Assembly: GCA_963514005.1 (NCBI GenBank)
Contig: OY740781.1
Location: 134,540,001 to 134,604,000 of the forward strand
Length of the DNA stretch: 64,000 nucleotides
Direction of reading: 5' to 3'
Source: Raja brachyura
Lineage: Eukaryota
The notes under the pieces were generated by a model. It saw nothing but the letters and a program-made list of their open reading frames with translations. It did not search any database and was not told the DNA's origin. Below, one piece after another: positions 60,691-64,000 of the stretch (positions are counted from its first letter, which is position 1; the number at the start of each line of letters is the position of its first letter). The translations under genes and the position numbers were made by a program.

Positions 60691-61715
60691 TGATCCAGAG
60701 ATGTGGACTGAACGATGACAATGGGCACAAAATCCTGGCACCATAGTCTTTCTTATTATGTGGTAATGACTGTTCTGCGATCCAAGAGAAAGCACCACTG
60801 CCCATGCTATCTGGCATGGAACTCCCTGTATGAAACTCACAAAGGCACGCCATTAGCAAGGAATTACAAAAGTCTGCGTTTTTAAGGGATGACCATTTAT
60901 TACAACAGTGATGAATGGAAACTAATGCAGGCATCTTAACAGTGGGACTCTCTCGAAGCTCTTCTGTCAACACTGCTCTGAATCCCTGGCCCCAGCTGTT
61001 ACTCCTTGAAGCTGTTGCCATTCACAGTCCAATGTTAGAGCGACGGTGAGCAGGGTGAATTAGATCCATCTGGTGAAAATATTTTAAAAACATTTTTACT
61101 GTTTAAAAAAAAAAGAACAATTCTGATGAACATTTGCCTAATAATATGCAGTCTCTGGATTACTGTAAATGTTTATCTCCATTTATTTATGACATTGAAA
61201 GTGTTTTAGATGACTATCTTATACTTCAGTATTGGGAAGCTTTATATAGGAGGAACCTTGTATTAAAAGGTCAGGGTATCTTTAGCCTGTGTGAGATCTA
61301 ATAATTTCTGTCGGGGCAAGTTACTTGTGTACATATGGAGCGAAGCAGTATTGCATTTCTTACCGTCTTTGCCTATTCAGCCAGGTCAAGTCACAAGGAA
61401 ATTAGATAATCCCTTCTTTATCATGTGTTAGGAGTGTGAGTTTGGGGAACGTGGAAAGATTAGCAGGCATAGGATAGTATTAATAGTAAGCATTCGTTTA
61501 AATTCATGTGTTGGTGATGGTGTACAATTATTTTAAATCTTAAAACAGAAACAAAACCACTCAAAATGAAGTTGAGGCCAAAATATAAAACTTGTTTTCC
61601 ACTGAGTTGTCAAACATTGCCGGGAAAGATGTGGAAAGAAACACTGAGCCTCTAAAACTGCCTGTCCTTCTCACTTGAATAGGCGCTTCAGAAGACAGTG
61701 TTGACACATTGTTGA

Positions 61716-61995
61716 GGGCGACACAGTGGTGCAGCTGGTAGAGTTGCTGCCTCACAGCATCAGCGACTCGGATTTGATCCTGATCTTGGGTGCTGTCCGT
61801 GTGGAGTTTGCACCTTCTCCCTGTGACTGCATGGGTTTCCTCCTGGTGCACCGGTTTCCGCCCACATACCAGAGACGTATGTGTTTGTAGGTTTATTGGC
61901 CTCTATAAATTGCCCCTAGTGGGTAGGGAGTGGAAGTGAAAGTGAGATAACATAGAACTAGGGTGATCAAAGTTTCCGTGCTGTATCTATAAATT
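61716..61995 (+). mobile_element. V-SINE
   Basis: GGGCGACACAGTGGTGCAGCTGGTAGAG head and V-domain. Confidence 0.85.
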
Positions 61996-62269
61996 AAACA
62001 AAACATTCCTGGTGAGCCGCCTGCTGAACCTTTGCAATGCAAACAAACCAAATGTGAGAACAATCTGAGACAGTCTGCTGTGTGAATGTACCATTTTATT
62101 AATGAAAACCTCTCATTAGTTTGAGGTCTATTTTCCATGATTCAGACATAAGAGACTGAATAAACATGAGGTTAGACCACCGGTAAGAACATCTTGAACA
62201 TAAGCAATAGCTTTTAAAGCAACAAAATGGCCCTGGCAGACCCATTGTTTCTGCCTGCTCCTGTCCCAC

Positions 62270-63030
62270 GGAAATTATTTCCACGACTCCATCTTATCCC
62301 CCCTGGCCCAATCTCTCCTGACCTATGTCCAAGATCCCTCACATGTCCGTCGTCTCTTTAATGACTTCTGCTTTCAGAGCCCCCACTCCCTCATCTTTAC
62401 TGTGGACGTTCAGTCACTCTAAACCTCCATCCCCCACTGGGAAGACCTTAAAGCCCTCTGTTTCTTCCTCGACCACAGAACATCCAATTTCCCTCTAATA
62501 ACACTCTACTCCACCTAGCGGAGCTGGTCCTCACCCTCAACAACTTCTCCTTTGACTCCTCCCACTTCCTACAAGTCCAAGGCGTAGCTATGGGCACGCG
62601 CATGGGCCCCAGCTATGCCTGCCTCTTTGTAGGGTGCATTGAACAATCCCTGTTCCAGGCGTACACTGGCCCTATCCCCGAAATCAATCTCCGTTACATT
62701 GATGACTGCATTGGTGTTACCTCCTGCACCCATGCAGAACTCATGGACTTCATCAACTTCACCACCAATTTTCATCCTGCACTCAAATTTACTTGGACAA
62801 TCCCCGACACCTCCCTCCCCTTTCTTGATCTCACAGTCTCCATCACAAGAAATAGACTATTGACTGACGTCTATAAAAAACCCACTGACCCCCACAACTA
62901 TCTCGACTACACTTCTTCCCAACCTGCTTCCTGCAAAGACTCTATCCCCTACTCCCAATTCCTCCGTCTATGCCGCATCAGTGCCCAAGATGAGGTGTTC
63001 CATACTAGAACATCCGAAATGTCCTCTTCA
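62270..63030 (+). mobile_element. Penelope-like element RT core fragment
   Basis: ORF 62590..63063 MGTRMGPSYACLFVG...RYIDD...LKFTW...LPFLDL; upstream DVQSL motif. Confidence 0.92.
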
Positions 63031-63172
63031 CCTGGTTCACAGATATTAACAGGATTCAACTGAAGTGTTGTTCCTCGTTCTTGTTTGTCCACATCCATTT
63101 GTGGCACCATCAGCCAGTAAGACTGGATAGCAATCAGAAGATAGAAACACTGCCCGCAATCCAGTGGTAGTA

Positions 63173-63533
63173 AACATAGTAACATAGTAAAATAGGTGCA
63201 GGAGTAGGCCATTCGGCCCTTCGAGCCTGCACCGCCATTCAATGTGATCATGGCTGATCATCCAACTCAGTATCCCGTACCTGCCTTCTCTCCATACCCC
63301 CTGATCCCTTTAGCCACAAGTGCCACATCTAACGCCCTCTTAAATATAGCCAATGAACTGGCCTCAACTACCTTCTGTGGCAGAGAATTCCAGAGACTCA
63401 CCACTCTCTGTGTAAAGAATGTTTTCCTCATCTCGGTCCTAAAGGAATTCCCCCTTATCCTTAGACTGTGACCCCTTGTTCTGGACTCCCCCAACATCGG
63501 GAACAATCTTCCAGCAACTAGCTTGTCCAACCC
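63173..63533 (-). mobile_element. CR1 3' end
   Basis: ORF 63267..63530 TRGHSLRIRG...FFTQRVVSLWNSLP and microsatellite tail. Confidence 0.9.
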
Positions 63534-64000
63534 CAGGGTACTGAGGTACTCTTATCATTATTCCAAGTAAAATCAATGAACCCAGTACAAATGAGCTTTC
63601 AAAGGGGGAGGGAACCAGATATAATTCAGAATGTCAGTCTGAGTTCATAGATGAACTTGCACTTGTTCTGATTAACGATAACTGGTAATTATTATCACTG
63701 CAAAGCTAATGATTAGGGAAGCGTTGTCAGAGGTGCCGACTTCTTGTCGTAAATCCCTTGGTACTTATAGCATCATATAGCATAGAACAGGCCCTTCAGC
63801 CCACAGAGTCTGTACCAACCTTCAAGTAATCCTACACTGATCTCATTATACTCTCCCTGCATGTTCATCAACTGCCAGATGTCAACCAACCAACATGTCT
63901 TTGAGATGTGGTAAGAAACAAGAGTGCCATTGTTATTTTAAACTTCAGAGATACAGCGTGGAAACAGGCCCTTCAGCCCACTGAGTACGGGCCGACCAGC

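Noticed and set aside
1-64000. CRISPR arrays, rRNA genes, prokaryotic operons or viral genes
   Set aside because: No regularly spaced repeat-spacer array or such coding signatures were seen; the DNA is spliced vertebrate sequence.

Overview
Repeat-rich vertebrate genomic DNA, most likely a cartilaginous fish such as a skate or ray (inferred from the repeat families). It holds the last four coding exons of GSTCD (+, 10364-24892). About 22.6 kb downstream on the same strand are the promoter and first coding exons of nephronectin (NPNT: 47547-47626 and 51623-51720, plus a 51-nt cassette exon at 60141-60191 that the ORF track misses). This gene order matches human 4q24. Most of the remaining sequence is mobile-element derived: CR1 LINEs (one with a near-intact ORF2), Penelope-like elements (PLEs) with minimal hammerhead ribozyme motifs, V-SINEs, L2 tails, a decayed Tx1-clade LINE, an RTE 3' end, a Deu-type SINE and Harbinger/hAT-like non-autonomous DNA elements. 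Nearly all long ORFs in the track are TE fragments or their antisense shadows. The three strongest leads are: (1) a U_UUA_AAC-UAG slippery site at the CR1 ORF1/ORF2 junction, phased for -1 ribosomal frameshifting; (2) short, TSD-flanked fold-back PLE-derived elements carrying hammerhead cores; (3) deep conservation of the NPNT 17-aa alternative exon. Repeat boundaries were read by eye and are approximate. No database searches were run, so novelty is unverified.
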